Positions 1 through 10,246 of a stretch of 62,620 bases of DNA are shown here, piece after piece (within the stretch, counting starts at the first letter, position 1; each line of letters opens with the position of its first letter). The stretch is taken from the IMG/VR virus record IMGVR_UViG_3300034418_009100, one strand, 5' to 3'. Position numbers and translations under genes: made by a program. The stretch comes from an uncultured virus (IMG/VR IMGVR_UViG_3300034418_009100) (lineage: Duplodnaviria > Heunggongvirae > Uroviricota > Caudoviricetes). A model generated the notes under the pieces. The model saw nothing but the letters and a program-made list of their open reading frames with translations. It did no database searches and was not told the DNA's origin.

Positions 1-1
1 C

Positions 2-130
2 ATGATGAAACGTCATGAAATGACTGAGCAACAAATAATAACGGCCAATCAACTAGTAAACAAAGATTTATTAATACGTAAAAAGAATGAAGACGGCCAA
101 ATCATCTATAGAAAAAGAAGTAGCAGGTAA
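2..130 (+). CDS. 3' end of a hypothetical phage protein, probably truncated by the window edge
   Basis: Open frame ...MTEQQIITANQLVNKDLLIRKKNEDGQIIYRKRSSR* overlapping the next gene. Confidence 0.5.
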   Translation: MMKRHEMTEQQIITANQLVNKDLLIRKKNEDGQIIYRKRSSR

Positions 131-617
131 ACTGCTGGTAGACGTTGCGTTTGAACGAGCACATCGTTGGACAGAACGCGAGTTCAATCAACTAAGATAC
201 AAAGAAGATTTTATCATACATGTACCCATGTCTAAACGTTCGTGGGCAGTGGGCAAATTTGATCTAACCTTAGTGGGCGATCATCGTTGGCACTTAACTG
301 ATAGAGACCGAATTGACCTAACGTTTTACAGCAGAAAAGCCGCAGTATTTTATGCGTACTTTACTCAACGTCGACAGTACAAATTAGCGGATCCTCTGGT
401 TAGATCGGATCAGGATGTTGCCAAATACAGAGATGAACTAGAATTTTATAGCCAAAAACTTGCAAAACAATTGAAAAATAAAAAAATAACATTTGACACA
501 CAACTGTATCAAAGCAGGTATTTAGAAAGTCGAGCACGGTACAATAGTGCTAGAAAAGAACTAGAAAAAACTCTAAACCAAACTAAATATACTAAAGTTT
601 GGGACCAAATATTATGA
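87..617 (+). CDS. hypothetical phage protein
   Basis: 176 aa ORF; ATGA overlap with the next gene. Confidence 0.7.
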   Translation: MKTAKSSIEKEVAGKLLVDVAFERAHRWTEREFNQLRYKEDFIIHVPMSKRSWAVGKFDLTLVGDHRWHLTDRDRIDLTFYSRKAAVFYAYFTQRRQYKLADPLVRSDQDVAKYRDELEFYSQKLAKQLKNKKITFDTQLYQSRYLESRARYNSARKELEKTLNQTKYTKVWDQIL

Positions 618-1312
618 ACTTAAAAGAATTAGCACCAAAGCCTACAAAGCGATTTAACAAAGTTATGGAAAGCCGTTTCGGCTTCGCCATCGACTATGAC
701 AACCTAAGTCCAGTTAAGGCACAAAAGATGAGTTTCGCCATTGGCGAGCAACTAACAAAAATCCGTCAAAGTTACGGAGCACATACCGCAGAGCAAAACC
801 CCAAGTATATGGAAATGCTCATGGTACGTGAAGGCTTAGATGCTTGGTTGGCAGAAAACTTTGATGGAGAAGTTGAGCCTCAACAGCAACTAACAGAAGG
901 TGAATTAGAAACCGCTGAAGTAGTATTGGCTGCAAAAGACATGCAGGACAGTGTACAGGCAATGGTTGAAGACGCCAGCAAGATGCTTAACGAGCAATTG
1001 CCCCCATTGTTAGATACCATCCGTGACCAAGTTGGTGTAGCACAAGGTGATCAGTTTAGAAATACTGTAGCACCAGCACTGCAAACACTATTAGATCAGT
1101 TAAACACAGCACGTGACACACTAGATCAAGCAAGCCGCGCACTAGCAGGTGAGCAAACTGCTGAGCCAATGTCCATGGGCGGTGAAGAACCCGCTGCCGA
1201 ATTACCTGGTGGTGATGAAGACTTAAGCGACCTAGACAGCGAAGATGATGGTTTTGCTACCAGCGACGCTGCTGCAGGTGGTGAAGAAGAAATGGGCAGA
1301 GAGCGCCGCTAA
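614..1312 (+). CDS. putative head-associated or scaffold-like protein
   Basis: Start reassigned to ATG 614 (MNLKEL); helical body and very acidic flexible C-terminal tail; function inferred. Confidence 0.5.
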   Translation: MNLKELAPKPTKRFNKVMESRFGFAIDYDNLSPVKAQKMSFAIGEQLTKIRQSYGAHTAEQNPKYMEMLMVREGLDAWLAENFDGEVEPQQQLTEGELETAEVVLAAKDMQDSVQAMVEDASKMLNEQLPPLLDTIRDQVGVAQGDQFRNTVAPALQTLLDQLNTARDTLDQASRALAGEQTAEPMSMGGEEPAAELPGGDEDLSDLDSEDDGFATSDAAAGGEEEMGRERR

Positions 1313-1689
1313 TGCGTCTAAGCGAATTTGCAGGAGACAACCCAGACAGGAGCAGTGACTTATATGCAAATGTAGTCACTGCTCTTAGTCTCATGCAGAA
1401 TCAAATTAAAGATAAAAAACTTAAAGCAGAAATTCCCACAGAACTGGTATTACGATATATTCGTAATACTGGAATGGCTGGTTTTAGTTATCAGGACCTT
1501 GTTGCTGCTAATTCCCAAGAGCCAGCAATGAAATCAATAGTAAAAAATATCACACCAGACACTGTTACTGTAAACACTGACACTGCTGCAGACGTTGAAA
1601 ATCCAGACGAAGTAGCGCAGGCAGTAGACAACCCAGAACAAGTTGTTTCGAACATGGCCAAAGACGCCATGGCTCGTAGACAAGACTAA
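1312..1689 (+). CDS. hypothetical protein, possibly virion-associated
   Basis: 125 aa, MRLSEF start, coupled to the upstream stop. Confidence 0.6.
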   Translation: MRLSEFAGDNPDRSSDLYANVVTALSLMQNQIKDKKLKAEIPTELVLRYIRNTGMAGFSYQDLVAANSQEPAMKSIVKNITPDTVTVNTDTAADVENPDEVAQAVDNPEQVVSNMAKDAMARRQD

Positions 1690-1725
1690 TTAAATACTGT
1701 ATAATATTTTTTTTAGGAAGATACT

Positions 1726-2106
1726 ATGGCGTATTCTGATAAAGTTCTGGACCACTATGAAAACCCCCGTAACGTAGGCAGTTTTGCCAAAGATGAGCCA
1801 GGCGTTGGCACGGGCATGGTTGGTGCTCCGGCTTGCGGTGACGTCATGAAATTACAGATCAAAGTAGACAACGGTGTAATCACAGATGCACGGTTTAAAA
1901 CTTATGGGTGCGGTTCGGCAATTGCAAGTTCCAGCTTAGTTACAGAGTGGGTCAAAGGAAGAACATTAGATTCTGCTGCCCAAATCACCAATAGTGAAAT
2001 AGCATCAGAACTTGCATTGCCTCCAGTTAAAATACATTGCAGTATTTTGGCAGAAGATGCTATCAAGGCAGCAGTAGAGGATTATAAAAAGAAAAACTAT
2101 TCATGA
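1726..2106 (+). CDS. iscU: Fe-S cluster scaffold IscU
   Basis: YENPRNVG, GAPACGDVM, GCGSAIASSS and LPPVKIHC motifs; TAAATA at 1691-1696 upstream. Confidence 0.97.
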   Translation: MAYSDKVLDHYENPRNVGSFAKDEPGVGTGMVGAPACGDVMKLQIKVDNGVITDARFKTYGCGSAIASSSLVTEWVKGRTLDSAAQITNSEIASELALPPVKIHCSILAEDAIKAAVEDYKKKNYS

Positions 2107-3806
2107 GGATAAAAATTTGTTCCCACGGAAAAGAAAAGATCCAAGGTTCTCATTATGATATAACAGCAACAAAATTATACCTCAAAACATGGTATGATTT
2201 ATATGGATCTAATCCAAACACAGAATGGTTATTGGGGGGTTACTGGTTAGGCAATTCTAATAAATTGACTGCCGATTCTATATTAGATGAAAACCCAGAC
2301 ATAGTTGGCTTTGGTTGTTATGTATGGAATTACTTAGATCAACTTGATATTGCAAAGACTATAAAACAAAAAAATCCAAACATAATAGTGGTTTTTGGTG
2401 GTCCAGAGTTAAGTGTACACAAAGATATAGAAGGGTACGAAGAAGTCCAAAAAAATTTTTTTATTAATAATTCTTTCGTTGATTACGTTGTATACGGTGA
2501 AGGCGAAAAACCATTTCAACAAATTATAGATTTTGAGTCGGGTTATTTACAAGATACCAATTCTTTTATTAATATAGTTAAAAACAATAATGGTACTCGT
2601 CAATTATTTCCATTTGAACGAATTACAGACCCTGCATTTTTAAATTTAAGCATCTACCTAGAAAATAAAGATTATTTCTTAAAGGAAATACAATTATTAG
2701 AACAAGAAGGCATACATCGTGATACTCAAGCATGGGTAATTGAATATGCAAGAGGATGCATGTATAAATGTAGTTTTTGTGACTGGAGCCAAAACCTGAC
2801 CAAAAAGGTATCTAGAAAAAAACATAGTTGGAAGGATGAAATAGATTTATTTTGTACAGCAGGTGTTAGTGCAAGAGTTATTGACGCTAATTTTGGGCAA
2901 TGGCCACAGGATGTTGAAATTTTTGATTATGCTATGTCAAAATTTGAAACTTATAAAAGTTTCATATTTATGGTAAGCAATACGTCAAAGTTAAACAAAG
3001 AAAGAACATTATATTTTAATTTAAAAAGTATACAAACTTATGGTATGGGCTCAGGTATAAGACCTAAGATTTCTATCCAGGACACTCATGGTGATGTTTT
3101 AGAGAATATAAACAGACCTGGTACTGATATGGTTAAAATAGAAGAATCTATAAAAACCTTTAAAGAACTTTTATCTTGGAATGAGTTCCTTCAGATAAAA
3201 GTTGAACTTATATTGGGTTTACCTGGGCAAACTTTTAATCATATGAAAAATACGTTTAAAGAGTTATTTCGAATAGGAGTACGACAAAATATTCTTTTAT
3301 TTGACTGGTATTTGCTTCCAAATAGTCCAGCCGCAGACGAAAATTACAGAAAACTTTGGGGTATAAAAGCAAAAAAATATTATACTATCTCAGAAAGTTT
3401 TGCAAATGCTCCTTTTAAATTTTTAAGTTTAAAACATGCTTATCAAGAAATGTTAGACAATACAAAGACTGAATTTAGAAGTACAGGAAATATAGTGTCT
3501 GAAACAAAAAGTATGTCATTTTTAGAAATGCAGGCTGTTAGAATCCTTTGGAACTTTCTTCGTTCTAGACTGATTCATGTTGAACATGAATTTCCTGATC
3601 ATAATTATTCGTATGATGAATATTGTAATGAAGTTGATGAATATTCAATAAAAGCTCTTAATATGGCCGAGGAGCAATGGTTATATACAAATAAGTTAAT
3701 AGATGAGTATGGATTTGTTGTATATGGATATTGGGATGATAAAGAAAAACTATTGTACCCTAGGTACCATTTTATAGATATGATAAAAGATGATATCACT
3801 TACTGA
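2103..3806 (+). CDS. cobalamin-binding-domain radical SAM enzyme
   Basis: DIVGFGCYVWN, FGGPE and YGEGE (B12-binding-like domain); RGCMYKCSFC (CxxxCxxC); ILGLPGQT. Confidence 0.88.
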   Translation: MRIKICSHGKEKIQGSHYDITATKLYLKTWYDLYGSNPNTEWLLGGYWLGNSNKLTADSILDENPDIVGFGCYVWNYLDQLDIAKTIKQKNPNIIVVFGGPELSVHKDIEGYEEVQKNFFINNSFVDYVVYGEGEKPFQQIIDFESGYLQDTNSFINIVKNNNGTRQLFPFERITDPAFLNLSIYLENKDYFLKEIQLLEQEGIHRDTQAWVIEYARGCMYKCSFCDWSQNLTKKVSRKKHSWKDEIDLFCTAGVSARVIDANFGQWPQDVEIFDYAMSKFETYKSFIFMVSNTSKLNKERTLYFNLKSIQTYGMGSGIRPKISIQDTHGDVLENINRPGTDMVKIEESIKTFKELLSWNEFLQIKVELILGLPGQTFNHMKNTFKELFRIGVRQNILLFDWYLLPNSPAADENYRKLWGIKAKKYYTISESFANAPFKFLSLKHAYQEMLDNTKTEFRSTGNIVSETKSMSFLEMQAVRILWNFLRSRLIHVEHEFPDHNYSYDEYCNEVDEYSIKALNMAEEQWLYTNKLIDEYGFVVYGYWDDKEKLLYPRYHFIDMIKDDITY

Positions 3807-4113
3807 ATTAGCGGCAGAAAAAGTTAGAACTCAATTACAAAAACGTGGCCAGGGGTTAGGTATTCGTATAGGAGTAAAAACCACTGGCTGTAGCGGTTTA
3901 GCTTATGTATTGGAATATGTGGACAGACCCGATCCCATGCGACCATTGACTTTTGACTGTCATGGTGTTACAGTATACGTAAACACAAAAGACGCACCAT
4001 ACTTAGAAGGTTTAGAAATGGATTGGGTCAAACAAGGACTAAATGAAGGATTCGAATTTCGTAATCCGCAGGAACGAGACCGTTGCGGCTGCGGAGAAAG
4101 TTTCCGTGTATGA
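3790..4113 (+). CDS. iscA: A-type Fe-S carrier IscA
   Basis: GCSGLAY and CGCGESF motifs. Confidence 0.96.
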   Translation: MISLTELAAEKVRTQLQKRGQGLGIRIGVKTTGCSGLAYVLEYVDRPDPMRPLTFDCHGVTVYVNTKDAPYLEGLEMDWVKQGLNEGFEFRNPQERDRCGCGESFRV

Positions 4114-4448
4114 AACCTTGGACCAGAGAAGACACTCAATATTGGATTAATCAACTTGAAAATAGAGTTCAAGATATTGAATTTTATTTAGACATTGCTA
4201 CACGCTGGTGTGAAGACAGATTTATACACGATGAGCAACGAGTAGCAGCCTGCTATGTAATTACAATTATTTGGGTATGTGCCCAACGAGATGAATCTGT
4301 AAGTAGACAAGAAGTAATGGAAATAATGGGCGTAGAACTTTGGGAAGATTTCGAAGATCATGAATTTTTCCTTGGTGATGAATTTATGGATAAAGAATTA
4401 GAAGAACTACTGGAGCATGTTGTAGAGAAATTCGAAGATGATTATTGA
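4110..4448 (+). CDS. acidic hypothetical protein
   Basis: ATG 4110 overlaps the iscA stop. Confidence 0.65.
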   Translation: MKPWTREDTQYWINQLENRVQDIEFYLDIATRWCEDRFIHDEQRVAACYVITIIWVCAQRDESVSRQEVMEIMGVELWEDFEDHEFFLGDEFMDKELEELLEHVVEKFEDDY

Positions 4449-5118
4449 ACGATATAATTATAAAACTATTACAAGAGAAAGCGTAGACGGAAAACGGCAT
4501 TACTGTTTGCCTGATGGATCTAAAGTACCTAGTGTAACTACAATCCTGGACAAAACTAAACCTTTGGAAAAACGGCAGGCACTAGCCAACTGGAAGAAGC
4601 GTGTGGGCGAAGAACGTGCTCAACAGATTACCACGGAAGCAGCCGGGCGTGGTACTAGAATGCACAAGTGGTTAGAGGATTATGTAAAAACAGATGTGCT
4701 GAACGAGCCAGGCACAAATCCTTACAGCCAACAAAGCCACACAATGGCTCAGAAAATTATCTCCGAAGGTCTAAACAAAGTGGACGAGTTTTGGGGTATG
4801 GAAATTCCCTTATACTACAGCGGACTGTATGCTGGTACTACAGACTGCTTGGGCTTATGGCAAGGTCAGCCTGCAATAATGGACTTTAAGCAGACCAACA
4901 AACCCAAGCGGCGCGAATGGATTGAAGACTATTTTTTACAACTCAGTGCCTATGCACAGGCGCACAATATAACACACGGAACTGACATCAAAACCGGTGT
5001 TATTTTAATGTGTAGCGCCGATTTTGAGTACCAAGAGTTTGTTTTAGAGCCCGAAGATTTTGAGTATTGGAGTCAGCGCTGGTTCGACAGAGTAGAGCAG
5101 TATTATAGAGAAAACTAA
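4438..5118 (+). CDS. PD-(D/E)XK exonuclease (Cas4/RecB-like, common in T4-like phages)
   Basis: PSVTTIL, RGTRMH, YAGTTD, IMDFKQ and QLSAYA motifs. Confidence 0.88.
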   Translation: MIIERYNYKTITRESVDGKRHYCLPDGSKVPSVTTILDKTKPLEKRQALANWKKRVGEERAQQITTEAAGRGTRMHKWLEDYVKTDVLNEPGTNPYSQQSHTMAQKIISEGLNKVDEFWGMEIPLYYSGLYAGTTDCLGLWQGQPAIMDFKQTNKPKRREWIEDYFLQLSAYAQAHNITHGTDIKTGVILMCSADFEYQEFVLEPEDFEYWSQRWFDRVEQYYREN

Positions 5119-5145
5119 ATATACTATAGGACATAGAACGAAAAC

Positions 5146-5667
5146 ATGGCTATAGTACAAATCAGTCAAATCAAGCATCGCAGAGGTACAAATGAAACAC
5201 TACCTCAACTTGCCAGCGCAGAACTAGGCTGGAGCATTGATACCCGTCAACTTTATATCGGAAATGGCACACTAGAAGAAGGTGCACCTGAAGTTGGTAA
5301 CACAGAAATTTTAACTGAATTTAGTAATATTGCTGGAGTTACAAAATATACTCAACAATTAACAAATAACACCACTGCAAATATTGCCAGTCTAGTATTT
5401 GATTCAAGCGATCCTAGTGTAATTATAACTTACAGTCTTGTAAGAACACACACTGATACAGTTAATGCCAATGTTAAAACAGGAACACTAACTGTAAGCC
5501 AATATCTTTCCAGAAATTCCAGTACTGATACAAACGTTGAACTAGGAGACACCGGATTTAGTTTCACTGTAACTCAGGTAAACAATGTTTGTTTTATTGC
5601 AGGTACTATTACTGACCAAAGTATTGACGCAAATTTAACATATACAATTAATAACTTAGCAGTTTAA
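5146..5667 (+). CDS. putative virion structural protein (tail or baseplate associated)
   Basis: N-terminal QIKHRRG...LASAELGWSIDTRQLYIGNG motif typical of tail-fibre-like proteins; TAAATA at 5116-5121. Confidence 0.65.
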   Translation: MAIVQISQIKHRRGTNETLPQLASAELGWSIDTRQLYIGNGTLEEGAPEVGNTEILTEFSNIAGVTKYTQQLTNNTTANIASLVFDSSDPSVIITYSLVRTHTDTVNANVKTGTLTVSQYLSRNSSTDTNVELGDTGFSFTVTQVNNVCFIAGTITDQSIDANLTYTINNLAV

Positions 5668-5670
5668 TCA

Positions 5671-6117
5671 ATGTGGAATCTACTACCGCATGAGCGTCTG
5701 CGTTCATGGCAAGAGTTTCGAAATGATCTATCTAATTTAGATTTGGCATCTGCTTGTTACCAAACAGAGCATCTTTGGAGTTATGCTCCCTACGTCCAAA
5801 ACTACTTACATTTTGATTATGTAGATGAATGGCCCAATCCTTGGGAATTATTATATGATAATTACTATTGTGGACTTGCAAAAGCATTGGCAATAGTGTA
5901 TACTTTATATCTTAGTAGCCATAAACCCCAAATCGAAATAAGAGTATATAATGACCCGTCAACCATGGAACAATATAATTTAGTTTATGTTGACAAAGGA
6001 AAATATGTTCTTAATTACATTCATGACGAGGTTGTAAATAGTACACAGGTTAGCAAACAGTTAGTGCTAAAGAGAACGATTAGCACTGAAGAATTAAAAT
6101 TAGAACAATTAGTTTAA
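5671..6117 (+). CDS. hypothetical protein, possible transglutaminase-like fold
   Basis: WPNPWELL...YCGLAKALAIVYTL resembles the BTLCP catalytic-Cys region; catalytic His not evident. Confidence 0.45.
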   Translation: MWNLLPHERLRSWQEFRNDLSNLDLASACYQTEHLWSYAPYVQNYLHFDYVDEWPNPWELLYDNYYCGLAKALAIVYTLYLSSHKPQIEIRVYNDPSTMEQYNLVYVDKGKYVLNYIHDEVVNSTQVSKQLVLKRTISTEELKLEQLV

Positions 6118-6126
6118 GAGAGATCA

Positions 6127-8430
6127 ATGACACAAATTCAAGTATTAAAAAGAAACGGTGAGAAAGAACCACTAGATTTAGAAAAACTACACAAAGTTGT
6201 TTTCTGGGCTACCAAAGACATTACAGGTGTAAGTGCAAGCGAAGTAGAAATTAAAAGTCATATTCAATTTTACAATGGCATCAAAACATCGGATATCCAG
6301 GAAACACTAATTAAAAGTGCTGCTGATTTAATCAGTGAAGAAACTCCTAACTATCAATTTGTAGCAGGTAGGTTAATTAACTACCACTTGCGTAAAGAAG
6401 TCTATGGTGAGTATGAGCCATGGCCATTGTTAGACATTGTTAAGAAAAATGTAGACAAAGGGTTTTATGACCGGGGCCTGCTAGAAGCATACTCAGAAGA
6501 GGAATGGGCTGAACTGGAACGTGCAATCGACCATCACAAAGACGAGCACTTTACTTACGTGGCCATGGAACAGTTCCGCGGCAAGTACCTTGTGCAAAAC
6601 CGTGTAACAGGTGATATCTTTGAAACACCGCAGGTAGCATACATGCTTATTGCGGCAACATTGTTCCAGAGTTATGACAAATCCGTTAGACTACAATGGG
6701 TAAAGGATTATTATAATGCTGTTAGCAACCACGATATTAGTCTTCCTACTCCAGTTATGGCTGGTGTACGCACACCGCAAAAACAGTTTAGTAGTTGCGT
6801 TCTCATTGAGTCTGATGACAGTCTTGATAGTATCAATGCTACTGCAAGTAGTATTGTTCGTTACGTAAGTCAAAAAGCCGGCATTGGCATTGGCGCAGGA
6901 CGTATTCGTGCATTAGGTTCGCCTATTCGCAATGGTGATGCTTATCACACAGGAGTAATTCCTTTCTACAAGCACTTTCAAAGTGCCACACGCAGTTGCA
7001 GCCAAGGTGGTGTACGCAACGGTGCTGCTACTTTGTACTATCCTATCTGGCACTTGGAAGTAGAAGATCTGTTGGTTCTTAAAAACAACAAAGGAACAGA
7101 AGACAATCGTGTGCGTCATATGGACTACGGCATCCAGTTTAACAAGTTGATGTATGAACGCCTAATCCAAGGTGGTGATATTACTTGCTTTAGTCCTCAT
7201 GATGTTCCTGAAATGTACGAAGCATTCTTTAACGATCAAGAACGGTTCAAAGAACTGTACGAACGTGCAGAGCGTAACACACGTCTACGCAAAAAGACTT
7301 ACAAAGCAGTTGAACTGTTTGGTAAGTTCATGCAAGAGCGCAAGGATACAGGACGCATCTATTTGCAGAACGTAGACCATGCCAATACACACAGTCCCTT
7401 CAAAGAGGATCGTGCTCCTATTAAGATGAGCAACTTGTGTTGCGAAATTGACTTGCCCACAACGCCATTGTCAGATGTAAATGACCCCGATGGCAGAATT
7501 GCACTTTGCACATTGAGCGCAATTAACTGGGGCAATGTTAAGCAGCCACAAGACTTTGAACGTATGTGTACATTAGCAGTGCGTGGTTTGGATGCACTAC
7601 TAAGTTATCAGAACTATCCTGTACTTGCTGCCAAATTGGCCACTGACGAATTTAGACCTTTGGGCATTGGTATTATTAACTTTGCCTACTTCTTGGCCAA
7701 GCACGATGTCAGTTACAGTGATCCCAGTGCTCTTGCTCTTGTCGACGAGTACGCAGAAGCATGGAGTTACTACTTGCTGAAAGCCAGTGTAGAGTTAGCC
7801 AAAGAATTCGGCCCATGCACACGTTGGCAAGACCTAAAAAGTGCCAATGGCATCATGCCAATTGATACACGCAAACGTGAAGTTGATGAACTTGTGGCAC
7901 ACCAAGAGCGTATGCCATGGGCAGAACTGCGCCGTGAAGCACAACAACATGGACAACGGAATGCTACCTTAATGGCATTGATGCCAGCAGAAACTTCAGC
8001 ACAGATTTCAAACAGTACAAATGGCATTGAACCTCCAAGAAGTTATGTCAGTGTCAAGCAAAGCAAGCATGGTGTACTCAAGCAAGTGGTGCCTGAATAT
8101 CGACGTCTAAAGAACAAATATGAACTACTTTGGGACCAAAAATCGCCCGAAGGATACCTAAAAATCTGCGCTGTGTTGCAGAAATATATTGACCAAGGTA
8201 TCAGTGTAAACACCAGTTACAATCCTCACTACTTTGAAGATGAAAAGATTCCAATGAGTGAGATGTTGAAGCATTTGTTGATGTGTTATAAATATGGTAC
8301 TAAACAGTTGTACTACTTTAACACCATGGATGGCCAAGGTGAGATCGACGTAGACAAACTAACACAACGGCAAGACGAACCTGTTGAAGTTTTGGAAGAC
8401 CAAGAAAACTGCGACAGTTGCGTAATCTAA
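6127..8430 (+). CDS. nrdA: class Ia ribonucleotide reductase alpha subunit
   Basis: N-terminal ATP cone, QFSSCVL, SNLCCEI, PAETSAQI and C-terminal CDSC. Confidence 0.98.
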   Translation: MTQIQVLKRNGEKEPLDLEKLHKVVFWATKDITGVSASEVEIKSHIQFYNGIKTSDIQETLIKSAADLISEETPNYQFVAGRLINYHLRKEVYGEYEPWPLLDIVKKNVDKGFYDRGLLEAYSEEEWAELERAIDHHKDEHFTYVAMEQFRGKYLVQNRVTGDIFETPQVAYMLIAATLFQSYDKSVRLQWVKDYYNAVSNHDISLPTPVMAGVRTPQKQFSSCVLIESDDSLDSINATASSIVRYVSQKAGIGIGAGRIRALGSPIRNGDAYHTGVIPFYKHFQSATRSCSQGGVRNGAATLYYPIWHLEVEDLLVLKNNKGTEDNRVRHMDYGIQFNKLMYERLIQGGDITCFSPHDVPEMYEAFFNDQERFKELYERAERNTRLRKKTYKAVELFGKFMQERKDTGRIYLQNVDHANTHSPFKEDRAPIKMSNLCCEIDLPTTPLSDVNDPDGRIALCTLSAINWGNVKQPQDFERMCTLAVRGLDALLSYQNYPVLAAKLATDEFRPLGIGIINFAYFLAKHDVSYSDPSALALVDEYAEAWSYYLLKASVELAKEFGPCTRWQDLKSANGIMPIDTRKREVDELVAHQERMPWAELRREAQQHGQRNATLMALMPAETSAQISNSTNGIEPPRSYVSVKQSKHGVLKQVVPEYRRLKNKYELLWDQKSPEGYLKICAVLQKYIDQGISVNTSYNPHYFEDEKIPMSEMLKHLLMCYKYGTKQLYYFNTMDGQGEIDVDKLTQRQDEPVEVLEDQENCDSCVI

Positions 8431-8445
8431 TAGGAATAATAACAA

Positions 8446-9564
8446 ATGAGCGTTTTTAAAGTTAATGAAAAAAGTAATCTATCCCGTACCATGTTTTTTG
8501 ATGGCGGAGTTGATATTGCACGTTATGACACTATCAAGTATCGTCAATTTGAAAAACTAACAGACAAGCAGTTAGGTTTCTTTTGGCGTCCAGAAGAAGT
8601 TGATGTGCTACGTGATGCCAAAGACTTTAAAGAACTAACACCATTTGAACAACATATTTTTACCAGCAACTTAAAACGCCAGATCCTATTAGACAGTGTA
8701 CAGGGACGCAGTCCTAACATGGCATTTTTGCCTGTAGTCAGTATTCCAGAATTAGAAACTTGGATTCAGACTTGGGCATTCAACGAAACTATTCACAGCC
8801 GCAGTTACACTCACTTGATTCGTAACGTTTATAGTGATCCCAGCACAGTGTTTGATGAACTAACCACAATTCCTGAAATTCTTGACTGTGCCAAAGACAT
8901 CAGCAAATACTATGATGACTTTATTGACGCAGCCACGGCCTATGGTTACTTGGGTTTAGGCACACACACTGTTAACGGCGAGTCTGTGGTTGTTGATATG
9001 TATGATCTTAAAAAGAAACTATGGTTGTGTTTAAACTCAGTTAATGCACTTGAGGGCATTCGTTTCTATGTAAGTTTTGCATGTTCGTGGGCTTTTGCAG
9101 AACTCAAGAAGATGGAAGGTAATGCTAAAATTATCAAACTGATCGCAAGAGACGAAAATATACATTTAGGTTCAACGCAGACCCTTATAAAATTGTTACC
9201 ACAAGACGATAGTGATTTTGCAAAAATCAAATCGGAAACTGTTGCGGAATGTGAACAAATGTTCTTGAGTGCTGCTGAACAAGAAAAACGTTGGGCAGAA
9301 TACTTGTTTAAAGATGGATCAATGATTGGTTTGAATGCCAAACTACTCAGCGACTATGTTGACTGGTTGACCTGTAAGCGTATGACCGCTGTTGGTTTAA
9401 ACTGCGGCATCAAGCCCGGCAGTAATCCTTTACCTTGGACTGCTAAATGGATTGCAGGTGCCGAAGTGCAAGTTGCCCCACAGGAAACAGAAATTTCCAG
9501 TTATGTTATTGGTGGAACAAAGCAGGACGTAGACACAGACACATTCAAAGGTTTTAGTCTTTAA
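8446..9564 (+). CDS. nrdB: class Ia ribonucleotide reductase beta subunit
   Basis: FFWRPEEV, ETIHSRSY, EGIRFYVSF, RDENIH and VAPQETE motifs. Confidence 0.98.
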   Translation: MSVFKVNEKSNLSRTMFFDGGVDIARYDTIKYRQFEKLTDKQLGFFWRPEEVDVLRDAKDFKELTPFEQHIFTSNLKRQILLDSVQGRSPNMAFLPVVSIPELETWIQTWAFNETIHSRSYTHLIRNVYSDPSTVFDELTTIPEILDCAKDISKYYDDFIDAATAYGYLGLGTHTVNGESVVVDMYDLKKKLWLCLNSVNALEGIRFYVSFACSWAFAELKKMEGNAKIIKLIARDENIHLGSTQTLIKLLPQDDSDFAKIKSETVAECEQMFLSAAEQEKRWAEYLFKDGSMIGLNAKLLSDYVDWLTCKRMTAVGLNCGIKPGSNPLPWTAKWIAGAEVQVAPQETEISSYVIGGTKQDVDTDTFKGFSL

Positions 9565-9576
9565 GGCCTTAAATTC

Positions 9577-9612
9577 AAAAACAGAGCAGAAATATTACTG
9601 CTCTGTTTTTTT
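9577..9612 (+). terminator. intrinsic terminator after nrdB
   Basis: AAAACAGAGCAG / CTGCTCTGTTTT inverted repeat followed by a T-run. Confidence 0.8.
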
Positions 9613-9641
9613 GTGGTATATAATACAATAAAGGAATAACG

Positions 9642-9890
9642 ATGCTGACAGTATATTCAAAAAACAATTGTCCATTTTGCGTACAGGCAAAAAATCTATT
9701 AAAACTCAAAGGTATTGACTTCGAAGAAATTAATATTGAACAACAACCAGAAGCAAGAGAGTTTGTTGTAAGTGAAGGTCACAGAACTGTGCCTCAAATT
9801 TACAAAGATGGTGAGTTGTTTGTACAAGGCGGATTTCAAGGACTACAAAAACTTACAGAAGAAGAACTACGAACAAAGGCAGGTGTTTAA
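9642..9890 (+). CDS. glutaredoxin
   Basis: CPFC and TVPQI motifs; adjacent to nrdAB. Confidence 0.95.
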   Translation: MLTVYSKNNCPFCVQAKNLLKLKGIDFEEINIEQQPEAREFVVSEGHRTVPQIYKDGELFVQGGFQGLQKLTEEELRTKAGV

Positions 9891-10207
9891 TGTTAGTTAG
9901 TAATCAAACGCAGTACAGCAAAGGTGACTTGGTTAGTTTTAAATTAGCCAACGGTGACGAAATCGTGGCAGAAATTGTAGACAGTACAACGTTCGGATGG
10001 ACTATTAAAAAGCCTTGCGTAGTAGTGCCCAGTCAGCAGGGCATTGGTTTAATGCAGGCATTGTTTACAGGCAAGGTAGATGCCAACATGGATCTCAGCA
10101 AAAACAGTGTGTTGCTACACGCAGAAACTGTAGCAGAACTGCACAGCCACTACTGGAAAACTACCACAGGGTTTGAACTAGCACCTAAAGCCAGTATTGC
10201 CAAATAG
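9890..10207 (+). CDS. conserved phage hypothetical protein (possible Sm-like beta fold)
   Basis: VSFKLANGDEIVA pattern, seen in T4-like phage proteins. Confidence 0.6.
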   Translation: MLVSNQTQYSKGDLVSFKLANGDEIVAEIVDSTTFGWTIKKPCVVVPSQQGIGLMQALFTGKVDANMDLSKNSVLLHAETVAELHSHYWKTTTGFELAPKASIAK

Positions 10208-10246
10208 ACAGTTTTAAGAGCCATAAATACCGTATAAGGTTAATTT

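Noticed and set aside
4438..5118. Cas4 of a CRISPR system
   Set aside because: It lacks the four-Cys Fe-S pattern and any cas context; it looks like a typical phage exonuclease.
6127..9564. Introns or inteins in nrdA/nrdB
   Set aside because: Both are uninterrupted and of normal length.
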